The position numbers were made by a program, and so were the translations under genes. The notes under the pieces were generated by a model. The model was not told the DNA's origin, did no database searches, and saw nothing but the letters and a program-made list of their open reading frames with translations. From the NCBI GenBank assembly GCA_012271125.1, contig JAAXHB010000004.1, positions 1 to 34,703 on the forward strand: a DNA stretch of 34,703 nucleotides, read 5' to 3'. Shown here piece after piece: positions 1 to 9,467 of the stretch (position 1 is its first letter; the number at the start of each line of letters is the position of its first letter). Source of the DNA: Actinomycetota bacterium (lineage in GTDB: Bacteria > Actinomycetota > Acidimicrobiia > Acidimicrobiales > Aldehydirespiratoraceae).

Positions 1-66
1 GTTTTTGATGACGTTGACGGCACGGCCGCCAACGTTTTTGATGACGTTGACGGCACGGCCGCCAAC
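1..66. repeat. perfect 33-bp tandem duplication (2 copies) at the window edge, in frame inside pheT
   Basis: gtttttgatgacgttgacggcacggccgccaac occurs at 1-33 and again at 34-66, followed by a degenerate partial third start (gttgttgacg). It encodes VFDDVDGTAAN twice. Confidence 0.95.
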
Positions 67-2538
67 GTTGTTGACGTAATCAGCGACGCCTTGAGCGGGC
101 TTGGTCTCACCGTTGAAGATGTCACCGCCACCGGTGCTATCCCTGACGGGATAGTGCTAGGACGGGTCATGGGGTTGAGAGAGCATCCAGACGCAAGCCG
201 CATTCAGCTAGTTGACGTTGATGACGGCTCCGGCACGCAACTGCAGGTCTGTTGCGGGGCGTTCAACATGAGCGAAGGCGACCTGATTCCGTTGGCAAGG
301 GTTGGAACGGTCATGCCGTCGGGCATGGAGATTGCCGAACGAAAGATGCGTGGCCAGGACTCTCAGGGTATGTGCTGCTCCGCTGATGAAATAGGGATGG
401 GGGAGGACGCTGACGGGATTCTGATACTTAATGACCGAGTTCATGCCGATGCCAAGCCCGGTGACGGACTCTCTGAGGCGCTGGGCATCACCGCAGACGT
501 TTTGTGGGACTTGGAGGTCAACGCGAATCGCCCCGACGCCATGTGCGTGATGGGTGTCGCTCGTGACTTAGCCGCCAAGCTTCAGCTGCGCTTTGAGCCA
601 CCTAGCTGGCCTGTCGAAGAGTCCAGCGAAAACGCTACCGATGCCGTGTCGGTTGACATTGTTGATCCGACCTTGTGCGGACGTTTCAGCGTGCGGGTGC
701 TGCGCAACATTGCGGTAGGTGATTCTCCGCGTTGGTTGGCGGATCGTCTCAATGCGCTGGGGATGCGTCCGATCAACAACATTGTCGACATTTCCAACTA
801 TGTGATGCTTGAGCTTGGGCAACCTAGTCATGCCTTTGATCTGGCGAAGGTTCCCGACGGGCATTTGCGTGTCCGTCGAGCTTCTGCCGGTGAAAGCCTC
901 ATCACTCTTGATGGCGCAACTCGTGAGTTGGTCGATGGCGACGGTGTCATCTGTAATAAGTCTGATGAGGTGATTGGTATCGCTGGTGTTATGGGTGGGC
1001 AATCAACTGAGATCAGTGAGACCACGACCGATGTGGTGCTGGAGATGGCATGGTGGGATCCGCCGTCGATTTCCCGCACTGTTAAGCGGTTGAACCTGTC
1101 GAGCGAGGCGGCGGTTCGTTTTCGGCGTGGCACCGACTGGGGCGACAATATCGACCGCTGCTTTGAACGTTTCGCGCAGCTGGTTGCGAAATCTCAGATG
1201 GATGCGCCAGCGATGGCTGCAGGCACCGTCACCGATTGGGGTGACCTGCCGGATCGCACGCCCTTGAAGGTGCGCACCGCCAAGGTCAACGGGTTGCTTG
1301 GCACGGACTTAAGTGCTGATGAGATAGCAACGCTTTTGCGCTCTATTGGTTTTGAAGTGGTCCTACAGGATGATGCAGTTGATAATGGTGACGACGTCAC
1401 GAACACCGTCACTTTGGACGTCACGATTCCGACTTGGCGTTGGGACACTGCCACTGAAACCGATGTTTCTGAAGAAGTCGCACGTCTTTACGGGTATGAG
1501 AAGATCAGCCCGACCTTGCCGATAGGCACCTCATCAGGCGGACTGAGCGAGTATCAGCGTGCTCGACGCCTGGCGCGAGATGTGCTTGTTGGGGCTGGTT
1601 GTGACGAGATTCAGCCGATGCCGTTCTTGGCACCTGGGGCGTTGTTGGATGCGGGCTTGTCTGAGTACGCCATTGAGTTGTCGAACCCGCTTGATAACAA
1701 TGAGTCGCTGCTGCGCACGTCGTTGTTGCCGACAATGTTGAGGGCTGTTGCCTATAACCAGCGTCGTTCCAATCCTGATGTTCGCTTCTTTGAGATTGGT
1801 CACGTGTACTTGCCGAAGGGGGACGCAAAGTCATCGGGGGAGGGGCTGTCCGGGATTGCCACGAGTGGTCATGGATCAACCTTGTCCGTGGCGGCACCCC
1901 ATAGGACAATGCCCATCAGCGCCGGGCGTGGTAATGACTTGTTGCCTGATGAGCGAGAACAGCTGGGCGTGATGTTGTCAGGTTGTGATGCCAGCGATGT
2001 GGTGGCGGTGCTGAAGTTGCTTGAGCAGGCGCTTGCTTTGCCCGCACTGACGCTGCGTTCAGGCGCTCAGGTGGGGTGTCACCCAACTCGTTCGGCAGAG
2101 ATTGAAATTGCCGGCAAGACCCAAGGGGTAATCGGCGAAGTTCACCCCGACGCCCTGGAGCGCTACGGCATTTCAGGAAGCGTTGCTTGGCTGGAGCTTG
2201 ATCTGGGTGCCGTGTTGAATGGTCCGCACGGCAAGCGCAAGTACAAGCCCGTCAGCAAATATCCGCACAGCAGCATCGACTTGGCGTTTGCGGTAGGCGA
2301 CGACGTCCCCGCAGCCACCGTGGAGAAAGCGTTACGTAGCGCCGGAGGTTCGCTGCTCGTGTCGTTGTCGTTGTTTGATGTATTCCGAGGAGACGAAATC
2401 GGAGATAGTGCTCGCAGCCTCGCCTATCGCTTGACGTTCCAAGCCCCAGATCGCACGCTCACCGACGCCGAAGTTGCCGAAATCAGAGAACGCTGTATCC
2501 AAGAAGTAACCCAACGCACAGGTGCCCAACTTCGCTAG
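1..2538 (+). CDS. pheT: phenylalanine--tRNA ligase beta subunit, 5-prime end runs off the window
   Basis: Frame 1 is open from base 1 with no stop before the listed TTG at 91. The N-terminal OB/tRNA-binding region (HPDASRIQLVDVDDG...VCCGAFN) aligns about 20-40 aa into known PheT, so the true start lies upstream. The size (>815 aa) and the C-terminal FDX-ACB-like end (SLAYRLTFQAPDRTLTDAEV) fit PheT. Confidence 0.9.
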   Translation, partial: VFDDVDGTAANVFDDVDGTAANVVDVISDALSGLGLTVEDVTATGAIPDGIVLGRVMGLREHPDASRIQLVDVDDGSGTQLQVCCGAFNMSEGDLIPLARVGTVMPSGMEIAERKMRGQDSQGMCCSADEIGMGEDADGILILNDRVHADAKPGDGLSEALGITADVLWDLEVNANRPDAMCVMGVARDLAAKLQLRFEPPSWPVEESSENATDAVSVDIVDPTLCGRFSVRVLRNIAVGDSPRWLADRLNALGMRPINNIVDISNYVMLELGQPSHAFDLAKVPDGHLRVRRASAGESLITLDGATRELVDGDGVICNKSDEVIGIAGVMGGQSTEISETTTDVVLEMAWWDPPSISRTVKRLNLSSEAAVRFRRGTDWGDNIDRCFERFAQLVAKSQMDAPAMAAGTVTDWGDLPDRTPLKVRTAKVNGLLGTDLSADEIATLLRSIGFEVVLQDDAVDNGDDVTNTVTLDVTIPTWRWDTATETDVSEEVARLYGYEKISPTLPIGTSSGGLSEYQRARRLARDVLVGAGCDEIQPMPFLAPGALLDAGLSEYAIELSNPLDNNESLLRTSLLPTMLRAVAYNQRRSNPDVRFFEIGHVYLPKGDAKSSGEGLSGIATSGHGSTLSVAAPHRTMPISAGRGNDLLPDEREQLGVMLSGCDASDVVAVLKLLEQALALPALTLRSGAQVGCHPTRSAEIEIAGKTQGVIGEVHPDALERYGISGSVAWLELDLGAVLNGPHGKRKYKPVSKYPHSSIDLAFAVGDDVPAATVEKALRSAGGSLLVSLSLFDVFRGDEIGDSARSLAYRLTFQAPDRTLTDAEVAEIRERCIQEVTQRTGAQLR

Positions 2539-2562
2539 GCCAAGACTTGACGAACTGGTAGT

Positions 2563-2637
2563 GAGTTGGGCTGGCGGGCTTGAATGCGCGCAACAGCGTT
2601 TAGCGTGAGCACATTCAAGGCCGATAAAAGCCAACTC
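2563..2637. terminator. nested inverted repeats filling the convergent pheT/nuoN intergenic region; possible bidirectional terminator without a U-tract
   Basis: The outer stem is gagttgg (2563-2569) with ccaactc (2631-2637). The inner stem is cttgaatg (2579-2586) with cattcaag (2612-2619). No T-run follows on either strand. Confidence 0.3.
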
Positions 2638-2643
2638 CCGAAG

Positions 2644-4239
2644 TCAGTTAGAGAGGAGGGTGGAGGCGGCTTCGCGGGCGAGGTCGTCGAGCGGGCCAGG
2701 GAAAATGCCGACGACGATAGTGACGACAACACATGCGGCAATAACAACAGCTGGGCCCTTGGGCAACTTTGAAGACGAGTCAGGCTCGCCAGAGTCGTCG
2801 TCGGAGGAGTCGTCGCCCGTGTCGTCGTCACTGAAGTACATAGCGACAACGGCTCGCAGGTAGGCGAAGGCACCGATCACCGCACTCACCATCGCCACAA
2901 CCGCCAACCACCATGACCGACTACCGGCAGCAGCGGCAATTGCTGAGAACTTCGCCACGAAGCCGGAGGTGAACGGCACGCCGGCTTGGGCGAGCATTAG
3001 CACGGCGAAAGCAGCGGCGAGCAGAGGTTGGCGAGATGAGAGTCCCTTGATGGAATCAACGGTGGACGAACCGGCGAGGATGCCAAGGACGGTGAAGCTG
3101 CCGACAACCATCACTGCGTAGGCGACCAGATAGAACAACACAGCGGCTACGCCGTCTTCCGATGCTGCCTGCACGCCGACAAGGATGAATCCGGCGTGAG
3201 ACACCGACGAGTATGCAAGCAGTCGTTTGAGGTCGCCTTGGACTATTGACAAGATCGCGCCGAGCACCAGCGTTGCTGATGCCAGGGCGAACACGACGAT
3301 GCGCCAGTCGTCGATCTGTACCCGCAGGCCGACCATGAGCACCCGCACCAGACCAGCAAAAGCGGCGGCCTTGACTGCTGATGCCATGAACGACGTCACC
3401 GGCGTCGGAGCGCCCTGGTACACGTCGGGAACCCAGGCATGGAACGGCACTGCCGCTACCTTGAAGCCCAAACCAACCAAGACCATGGCGATACCCAGCA
3501 TCAGCATCACATCGCTGAGCAACAAGTTTGACCGCAGATAAGCGTCCATCGAAGTGAGGCTTGTTGTGCCGGTGGCACCGTAGAGCAACGCAATGCCGTA
3601 CAACAAGAACGCTGATGAGAACGCTCCGAGCACGAAGTATTTGATGCCTGATTCAAGCGAAGTCATTCGCCGGTTGATCGCGGCGAGCACATACAACGCA
3701 ATTGACATGGTCTCAAGGCCTAGGAACAGCACTAGCAAGTCGTTGGCACCTGCCATTACGACCGCTCCTGAAACGGCGAGCAGCATCAGCACATAAAGCT
3801 CGGTGCTAGCAGTTTTTTGATTTTTTTGACACCAGCTGGGCGACACCAGCGACACTGCTGCCAACACTGCGAAGATCACGCCTGAGACCAAAAGCGAGAA
3901 CCGGTCGGAGATGAGATGGTCACCAAATGCTGCGATGGCATGGGGAGCTATGACTATGTCACTGAACCCATCTGGATCGACAAAGTCATCGAGACGGTTC
4001 CATTGAGAGACAACGGCGACAAACCCGACAAGCGCGGTGATGAGAACCCAGACCGAGTCGAACATTGTCCAAAACCCACGACGACGGATGGTGCTTTTGG
4101 CACCGGCGAGGGAGCGCACTAGGACGAGCACGATTGCGCTTGCGGCGGGGATGATGGCAGGCAACAGTCCTGCCCAGTCAACGTTGGGGGTAACCACCGG
4201 AGCGACTTCTTGGAACAGACGCATTGAACTAATAGGCAT
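2644..4239 (-). CDS. nuoN: NADH-quinone oxidoreductase subunit N
   Basis: A 531-aa polytopic membrane ORF and the last gene of the nuo array. It has an ND2/NuoN-type stretch (LLAYSSVSHAGFILVG). It starts 5 bp after the nuoM stop. Confidence 0.9.
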   Translation of the reverse strand: MPISSMRLFQEVAPVVTPNVDWAGLLPAIIPAASAIVLVLVRSLAGAKSTIRRRGFWTMFDSVWVLITALVGFVAVVSQWNRLDDFVDPDGFSDIVIAPHAIAAFGDHLISDRFSLLVSGVIFAVLAAVSLVSPSWCQKNQKTASTELYVLMLLAVSGAVVMAGANDLLVLFLGLETMSIALYVLAAINRRMTSLESGIKYFVLGAFSSAFLLYGIALLYGATGTTSLTSMDAYLRSNLLLSDVMLMLGIAMVLVGLGFKVAAVPFHAWVPDVYQGAPTPVTSFMASAVKAAAFAGLVRVLMVGLRVQIDDWRIVVFALASATLVLGAILSIVQGDLKRLLAYSSVSHAGFILVGVQAASEDGVAAVLFYLVAYAVMVVGSFTVLGILAGSSTVDSIKGLSSRQPLLAAAFAVLMLAQAGVPFTSGFVAKFSAIAAAAGSRSWWLAVVAMVSAVIGAFAYLRAVVAMYFSDDDTGDDSSDDDSGEPDSSSKLPKGPAVVIAACVVVTIVVGIFPGPLDDLAREAASTLLSN

Positions 4240-4244
4240 GGGAA

Positions 4245-5903
4245 CTAGTGGTTGTGGTCGGCGTGAGGGCCGCCGGCATCAGTGCCGGCGCTCGTGGCGT
4301 CGGCACCATTATCTAAAGAATCAGAGTTGAAGCCGGCGTAGCCGGCGTTGTCATCGGCACCGTCATAAACATCTAAGTCAACGGCAGGCAACTTGACCGG
4401 CACTGGCTCGTCGAAAGCGTCAACGGCTTCGTCGATACGGACGATCAGAGCATCCACTGCTGGTTCGATCCGGTCAATCACCGGCTTGGGATACACGCCC
4501 ATGAACACAATCGCCGCAATGAAGGGCACCATTAGCAGACCTTCGCTTAGGCGCATGTCGCTCATTGTGGCGTTGTCGCCGGTGGCGGGACCGTGAAAGA
4601 CACGCTGATATGCCCACAGCAGATATACCGCTGCCAAGATCACGCCCGCTGCTGCCACTACCGCCCACCAGCGATGCGCAACGAACGCTCCGATCAGCAC
4701 CAGGAACTCGCCGATGAAACCGTTCAGGCCGGGCAGCCCGACTGAGGACAGCATCACGACCATGAACACCGCTGCGAGAAGAGGTGCTGGTTTCGCCAGC
4801 CCGCCGAGTTCGGCGATTTGACGGGTGTGGCGGCGTTCGTAGATCATGCCGACTAGCAAGAACAGTGCTCCGGTGGACACGCCATGGTTGACCATTTGCA
4901 GCACTGAGCCGGTCAGGCCTTCGGTATTGAGGGCGAAGATACCGATAACGATGAAGCCCATGTGCGCCACCGATGAGTACGCCACGAGCCGTTTGATGTC
5001 TCGCTGCATCGCTGCGGCGATTGCGCCGTAGAGGACACCGATCACGCCGAGGGTCATCATCAGCGGCGTGAAGTACACCGCGGCTTCGGGGAATAGGTAC
5101 AGCCCGAAGCGCAGGAATCCGTAGGTGCCGAGCTTGAGCATGACCGCGGCGAGGATGACCGAGCCGGCGGTGGGGGCGTTGGTGTGAGCGTCGGGTAGCC
5201 AAGTGTGCACGCCCACCACGGGGACTTTCACGGCGAAGGCACCGGCGAATGCCAAGAACAGCCAGCGGGCGGTGACGATGGGCAGGGTGTGTGATTCGGC
5301 GAGGGCGACTAGGTCGAAGGTGACGGCGTTGCCGGACTGCGCAGCGGTCAAAAACACCAGCGAGACGATGCCGACGAGCATTAGCGCTGAGCCGAACATG
5401 GTGAACAAGAAGAACTTGGTAGCGGCGTAGGCACGTGCGCCGTGTCCCCAGCCGCCGATCAGGAAATACATCGGCACCAAGACGATCTCGAAGCACACGA
5501 AGAACACGAGCAAATCGAGAGCTACGAAAGCGCCGAGGCAGCCGGCCTGCAACAGCAGCATCCAGGCGTAATACGACCGCGGCGAGGACGGCGTGGCGAT
5601 TCCGGCGAGTGCTAACGGGAAAATGAGCGCGGTTAACAGGACTAGAAACAACGACAAGCCGTCGACGCCTAGATGCCAGGAGACACCGAGGCCGGCGATC
5701 CATTCGGAGCGTTCAACGAAATGGAACTCCGCGGCGGCGTTACCGGTGGGGAAATCGATCAGCATCCAGATTGCGACGACGGCTGGGATCGCCGAGATGG
5801 CTGTGGCGGCGTGTTTGATGACGTCGGCACGTGCGGTCGGCAACGACATCAGCGCCAGCGCACCTAGTGCCGGAGCGACAACGAGGACAGTTAGCCAGCT
5901 CAT
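4245..5903 (-). CDS. nuoM: NADH-quinone oxidoreductase subunit M
   Basis: A 552-aa antiporter-like membrane protein with WLPDAHTNAPTAGSVILAAVMLKLGTYG and VAYSSVAHMGFIVIG. It shares a 4-nt ATGA overlap with the nuoL stop. Confidence 0.92.
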   Translation of the reverse strand: MSWLTVLVVAPALGALALMSLPTARADVIKHAATAISAIPAVVAIWMLIDFPTGNAAAEFHFVERSEWIAGLGVSWHLGVDGLSLFLVLLTALIFPLALAGIATPSSPRSYYAWMLLLQAGCLGAFVALDLLVFFVCFEIVLVPMYFLIGGWGHGARAYAATKFFLFTMFGSALMLVGIVSLVFLTAAQSGNAVTFDLVALAESHTLPIVTARWLFLAFAGAFAVKVPVVGVHTWLPDAHTNAPTAGSVILAAVMLKLGTYGFLRFGLYLFPEAAVYFTPLMMTLGVIGVLYGAIAAAMQRDIKRLVAYSSVAHMGFIVIGIFALNTEGLTGSVLQMVNHGVSTGALFLLVGMIYERRHTRQIAELGGLAKPAPLLAAVFMVVMLSSVGLPGLNGFIGEFLVLIGAFVAHRWWAVVAAAGVILAAVYLLWAYQRVFHGPATGDNATMSDMRLSEGLLMVPFIAAIVFMGVYPKPVIDRIEPAVDALIVRIDEAVDAFDEPVPVKLPAVDLDVYDGADDNAGYAGFNSDSLDNGADATSAGTDAGGPHADHNH

Positions 5904-7843
5904 GCTGTTGCCCTCAAGACAAACCAGATGAGCAGAACCAAGGCTCCCAGCGCCACCAGCGCCGCGTAGAAGCGCACGAATCCGGTCTGTATTACTCGTA
6001 GACGTTGGCCGACGAAACGCACGACCTTGCCAGCACCGACGACGGCACCGTCGACCACATGATGGTCAAACGCCGCCACATAGTCAAAGGCTTTGCGTCC
6101 GGGCCCGCCGACGAACTCGGTTACGAAGTCATCGACATACCAGCCGTTTGCCAGCACCCCGATTTCGCCTCGCAATTTCTCGGACTTTGACCGCAGGTAG
6201 ACCCAAGCAGCCGTGCCGATACCAATAGTCGCTCCAGCGATAGCCAAACCTGCGAGCAACCATTTCGTACCGGCTGAGCTGACCAGATGTGCTTCGTTGC
6301 CAAATAATGACGGCTCCAGCCAGCGCCCTAGATAATGCAGCCCCTTGGTGAACGGCAAGTTCAAAGCGCCGGCAAAAATCGCCGCACCTGCGAGCACAAC
6401 CAACGGAGCGATCATCAACGCAGGCGACTCATGTGCCGGTGACTCATGTACCGGTGACTCATGTAATTGTCCGTCACCATGGTCTCCGGCGCCATGGTCT
6501 GAGGAATGCGATGAGTTGATCTCATAGCGAGCGGTGCCGTAGAAGGTCATGAACACCTGCCGGCTCATGTAGTACGCAGTCAAAATCGCGGTGACGAGAC
6601 CCAGACCCCAAAGCAAGCGGCTCGAATCCCAGGCATACACCAAAATCTCGTCTTTGGACCAGAATCCGGAAAACGGCGGCACGCCGGCAATCGCCAACCA
6701 GCCGACGATGAAGGTGCCGGAGGTGACCGGCATCAGCGCCCGCAAGCCGCCGTAGCGGCGCATGTCCTGATCGCCGCCAAGGGCATGAATGACCGAACCT
6801 GACCCCAAGAACAGCAATGCCTTGAAGAACGCATGGGTGACCATGTGAAATATCGCTGCCACATAAGCGCCGGTGCCAACAGCGAGCATCATGTAACCGA
6901 GCTGGCTAATTGTCGAATATGCCAGCGCTTTTTTGATGTCGTTTTGTGCTACAGCAATGGTGGCGGCAAACAGCGCAGTAAGAACGCCAACCCAGGCGAT
7001 CACCTGCGGTGCCAGCGGATCGGCCATGGCGATGACTGGATTGACCCGCACCAGCAGGTATACGCCGGCGGTGACCATCGTTGCGGCGTGGATGAGCGCA
7101 GAAACCGGCGTTGGGCCGGCCATGGCGTCGGGCAGCCAGATGTAAAGCGGTAGCTGAGCGGATTTGCCCGCGGCTCCGAGGAACAACAGCAGCGTGATCG
7201 CCGTAGCCGTTGTCGTGCTTAGCGATGATGCGTGGCCGAACAGGTCGAGGTAGCGGATCGAGCCGATGGCGCTAAAGGCGACGAACATTGCCAGCATGAA
7301 GCCCCAGTCGCCGACCCGGTTCGTGATGAAGGCTTTTTTGCCGGCGGTTGCGTTGGCCTCGTCGCTGAACCAGAACGAGATCAGCAGATACGAACACACG
7401 CCTACGCCTTCCCAGCCGAGGAAGGTCATCAGCAGGTTGTCGCCGAGCACTAACACGAGCATCGAAAATGCGAACAAGTTGAGGTAGATGAAGAATCGGG
7501 AGAAGTCACTGTCGCCGTGCATGTAGCCGATGGCGTAAATGTGGATGAGCGAACCGACTCCGGTGATGAACAGTGCCATGGTCACCGACAGCGGGTCAAC
7601 GAGCAGGGCTGCGTCCACGGAGAAGTCGCCGACTGGAACCCATGAGAACAAGGTGACGACTTCTCGCCGGTCGGCGACGTCACCGTATAGGAAGTTGAGG
7701 AAGGTGACCGACGCCATCAAAAACGACATGCCCAGGGCACCGGTGGCGACCCAGCCGGCTAGGGGTTCACCAATGCGCCGTCCGAAGGCGGCAAGGGTGA
7801 TGAACCCGGCGAGCGGGAAGGCGCAGATTAGGACCGCGGTCAT
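5900..7843 (-). CDS. nuoL: NADH-quinone oxidoreductase subunit L
   Basis: A 647-aa membrane protein with the ND5/NuoL motifs WEGVGVCSYLLISFW and LPLYIWLPDAMAGPTPVSALIHAATMV, sitting between nuoK and nuoM. Confidence 0.93.
   Translation of the reverse strand: MTAVLICAFPLAGFITLAAFGRRIGEPLAGWVATGALGMSFLMASVTFLNFLYGDVADRREVVTLFSWVPVGDFSVDAALLVDPLSVTMALFITGVGSLIHIYAIGYMHGDSDFSRFFIYLNLFAFSMLVLVLGDNLLMTFLGWEGVGVCSYLLISFWFSDEANATAGKKAFITNRVGDWGFMLAMFVAFSAIGSIRYLDLFGHASSLSTTTATAITLLLFLGAAGKSAQLPLYIWLPDAMAGPTPVSALIHAATMVTAGVYLLVRVNPVIAMADPLAPQVIAWVGVLTALFAATIAVAQNDIKKALAYSTISQLGYMMLAVGTGAYVAAIFHMVTHAFFKALLFLGSGSVIHALGGDQDMRRYGGLRALMPVTSGTFIVGWLAIAGVPPFSGFWSKDEILVYAWDSSRLLWGLGLVTAILTAYYMSRQVFMTFYGTARYEINSSHSSDHGAGDHGDGQLHESPVHESPAHESPALMIAPLVVLAGAAIFAGALNLPFTKGLHYLGRWLEPSLFGNEAHLVSSAGTKWLLAGLAIAGATIGIGTAAWVYLRSKSEKLRGEIGVLANGWYVDDFVTEFVGGPGRKAFDYVAAFDHHVVDGAVVGAGKVVRFVGQRLRVIQTGFVRFYAALVALGALVLLIWFVLRATA
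6424..6468. repeat. 15-bp tandem repeat x3 inside nuoL (encodes HESPV-HESPA-HESPA)
   Basis: The units are gcgactcatgtgccg, gtgactcatgtaccg and gtgactcatgtaatt at 6424-6438, 6439-6453 and 6454-6468. Confidence 0.9.
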
Positions 7844-7846
7844 TGG

Positions 7847-8161
7847 CTATCCGCGCAGCAGCGAGACGTCATCGGCGGTTGCGCCGGCGCGTCGTCGGTT
7901 CAAAGCGACGACTAGGGCTAGGCCGATGACGACTTCGGTGGCGGCGACGACTAGCACGAAAAACACTGCGACTTGTCCGCCGACGTCGCCGAGTTCGACG
8001 CCTAGGGCTACGAATGAGATGTTGACGGCGTTGAGCATCAGCTCTACGCACATGAACATGACCAGCGGGTTGCGGCGCACCAGCAAGCCGGCGGCACCAA
8101 TGGTGAAGACGGCTGCGGACAGGATCAGGTACCAGCCGGTTGAGACTTCGGTCCACTCCAT
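7847..8161 (-). CDS. nuoK: NADH-quinone oxidoreductase subunit K
   Basis: A 104-aa protein with 3 TM helices and ELMLNAVN plus ATEVVIGLALVVAL. Its ATG shares one base with the nuoJ TGA (TGATG at 8159-8163). Confidence 0.92.
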   Translation of the reverse strand: MEWTEVSTGWYLILSAAVFTIGAAGLLVRRNPLVMFMCVELMLNAVNISFVALGVELGDVGGQVAVFFVLVVAATEVVIGLALVVALNRRRAGATADDVSLLRG

Positions 8162-8778
8162 CAGTCGGCCCCAGCCGGTTCAGTCGCAGGTTCGGCGGTC
8201 GGATCGGCAGAAGTCGCAGGCTCATCGGCTGAGCTGGGCTTGCGGGTCAACACAACCGCTCCGACTACCGCAATCGTCAACAGTGCCGCGGTGATCTCCA
8301 CCGCGAAGGCGTACTCGCTAAACAGGACCCGTCCGAGGCGTTCGATGTCGGTGAAATCTGAGCCGAGCCAACGTTCGCCGCCGACTTCAATATCTGACTG
8401 GGCTTCGCCACTTCGCCGTGCCCCGGACACAGCCCCGGCGCTAGCGATCACAGCAGCGATAACCGTGGCACCGATACCGGCGCACACGACTATTGCCAGA
8501 GGGCGCTGTCCGGCAATCGGTTCGATCTTGAATTGCTCGGCCTTGTCAACGCCCAACAGCATGATCACAAACAAGAACAAGATGACCACAGCACCCGCGT
8601 AGACGATCAGCTGAACCGCTGCCAAGAAATGCGCATCCTGCAACAAGAACAGCAGTGCCACACCCACAAGGGTCTGCACCAAAAACAATGCCGCGTGGAC
8701 AGGGTTGCGGCTCAGCACCACGCCAAGCGCGCCCACCAAAATCACGACCGCCGAAACGGCAAATACAGCAAGCGTCAC
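8161..8778 (-). CDS. nuoJ: NADH-quinone oxidoreductase subunit J (start uncertain; ORF is open up to 8937)
   Basis: Has the NuoJ core GVVLSRNPVHAALFLV...VQLIVYAGAVVILFLFVIMLLGV. The in-frame GTG at 8778 (VTLAVFAVSAV...) starts just before TM1, as in other NuoJ proteins. The longer form from the ATG at 8937 would overlap nuoI by 101 bp and add a basic segment plus a D9 run. Confidence 0.8.
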   Translation of the reverse strand: MTLAVFAVSAVVILVGALGVVLSRNPVHAALFLVQTLVGVALLFLLQDAHFLAAVQLIVYAGAVVILFLFVIMLLGVDKAEQFKIEPIAGQRPLAIVVCAGIGATVIAAVIASAGAVSGARRSGEAQSDIEVGGERWLGSDFTDIERLGRVLFSEYAFAVEITAALLTIAVVGAVVLTRKPSSADEPATSADPTAEPATEPAGAD

Positions 8779-8799
8779 GGCGTCACCGTCACCACAGGC

Positions 8800-8829
8800 G
8801 TCATCGTCGTCGTCATCGTCGTCGTCACC
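8800..8829. repeat. 12-bp tandem repeat (gtcatcgtcgtc x2.5), a GAC/GAT microsatellite at the nuoI/nuoJ junction
   Basis: gtcatcgtcgtc occurs at 8800-8811 and 8812-8823, then gtcacc. If translated in the nuoJ frame it reads DDDDDDDDD. Confidence 0.9.
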
Positions 8830-8836
8830 GACACAA

Positions 8837-9466
8837 CTAGTTCCACGTATCGGCCTCGGCTTGAGAATCCTCGCTGTCACGCACCCCATAACCCAGCTCG
8901 CCAGCCCACGCCACCTCGCCCACATAGCGCCCGTCACCGGAAGGCGAAGTCGCCCGCATCCAACCCGACGTCAGCGCGTCGTCACCGTCACGCCAATCCT
9001 CCCAAGACTGCTGGCGAGGCCGACCATCGTTGTCAACCACCAGCTCGTCCTTGGTGTAGACCGCATCAGAACGATTCGTAAAGGAAAACTCGAACAACTT
9101 CGACTCAGTAATCGCCTCAGTCGGGCACGCCTCCACGCACAAATCGCAATGAATGCAGCGCAAATAGTTGATCTCATACACATACCCGAAACGCTCCCCC
9201 GGCGAGACCGGATAATCCGGGTCGTTGTCGGCACCCCGCACATAAATGCACTTGGCAGGGCACACGCCGGCGCAAAGCTCACAACCGATGCACTTCTCCA
9301 TCCCGTCGGGGTAACGGTTCAGCACATGACGCCCATGAAGACGCTCAGGCTTGGCACGCTTGGTGTCACGCTTGTCGTTGGGATTGAAACCGCCCCGATA
9401 ATCAGTGGTGACCTTCGGCAAAAACAGCTGCCGCATCGTCACCGCAAAACCACGTAAATATCCCAT
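8837..9466 (-). CDS. nuoI: NADH-quinone oxidoreductase subunit I (2x[4Fe-4S])
   Basis: Has two CxxCxxCxxxCP motifs ([12 protein letters not shown] and [12 protein letters not shown]) and a conserved N-terminus ([10 protein letters not shown]). It carries a C-terminal extension of roughly 45 aa. Confidence 0.93.
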   Translation of the reverse strand: MGYLRGFAVTMRQLFLPKVTTDYRGGFNPNDKRDTKRAKPERLHGRHVLNRYPDGMEKCIGCELCAGVCPAKCIYVRGADNDPDYPVSPGERFGYVYEINYLRCIHCDLCVEACPTEAITESKLFEFSFTNRSDAVYTKDELVVDNDGRPRQQSWEDWRDGDDALTSGWMRATSPSGDGRYVGEVAWAGELGYGVRDSEDSQAEADTWN

Positions 9467-9467
9467 G

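Noticed and set aside
4474-5703. A 409-aa Arg-rich ORF on the minus strand, in an alternative frame inside nuoM
   Set aside because: It lies entirely within the well-supported nuoM CDS. Its extreme Arg/Pro/His composition is typical of off-frame translation of GC-rich coding DNA.
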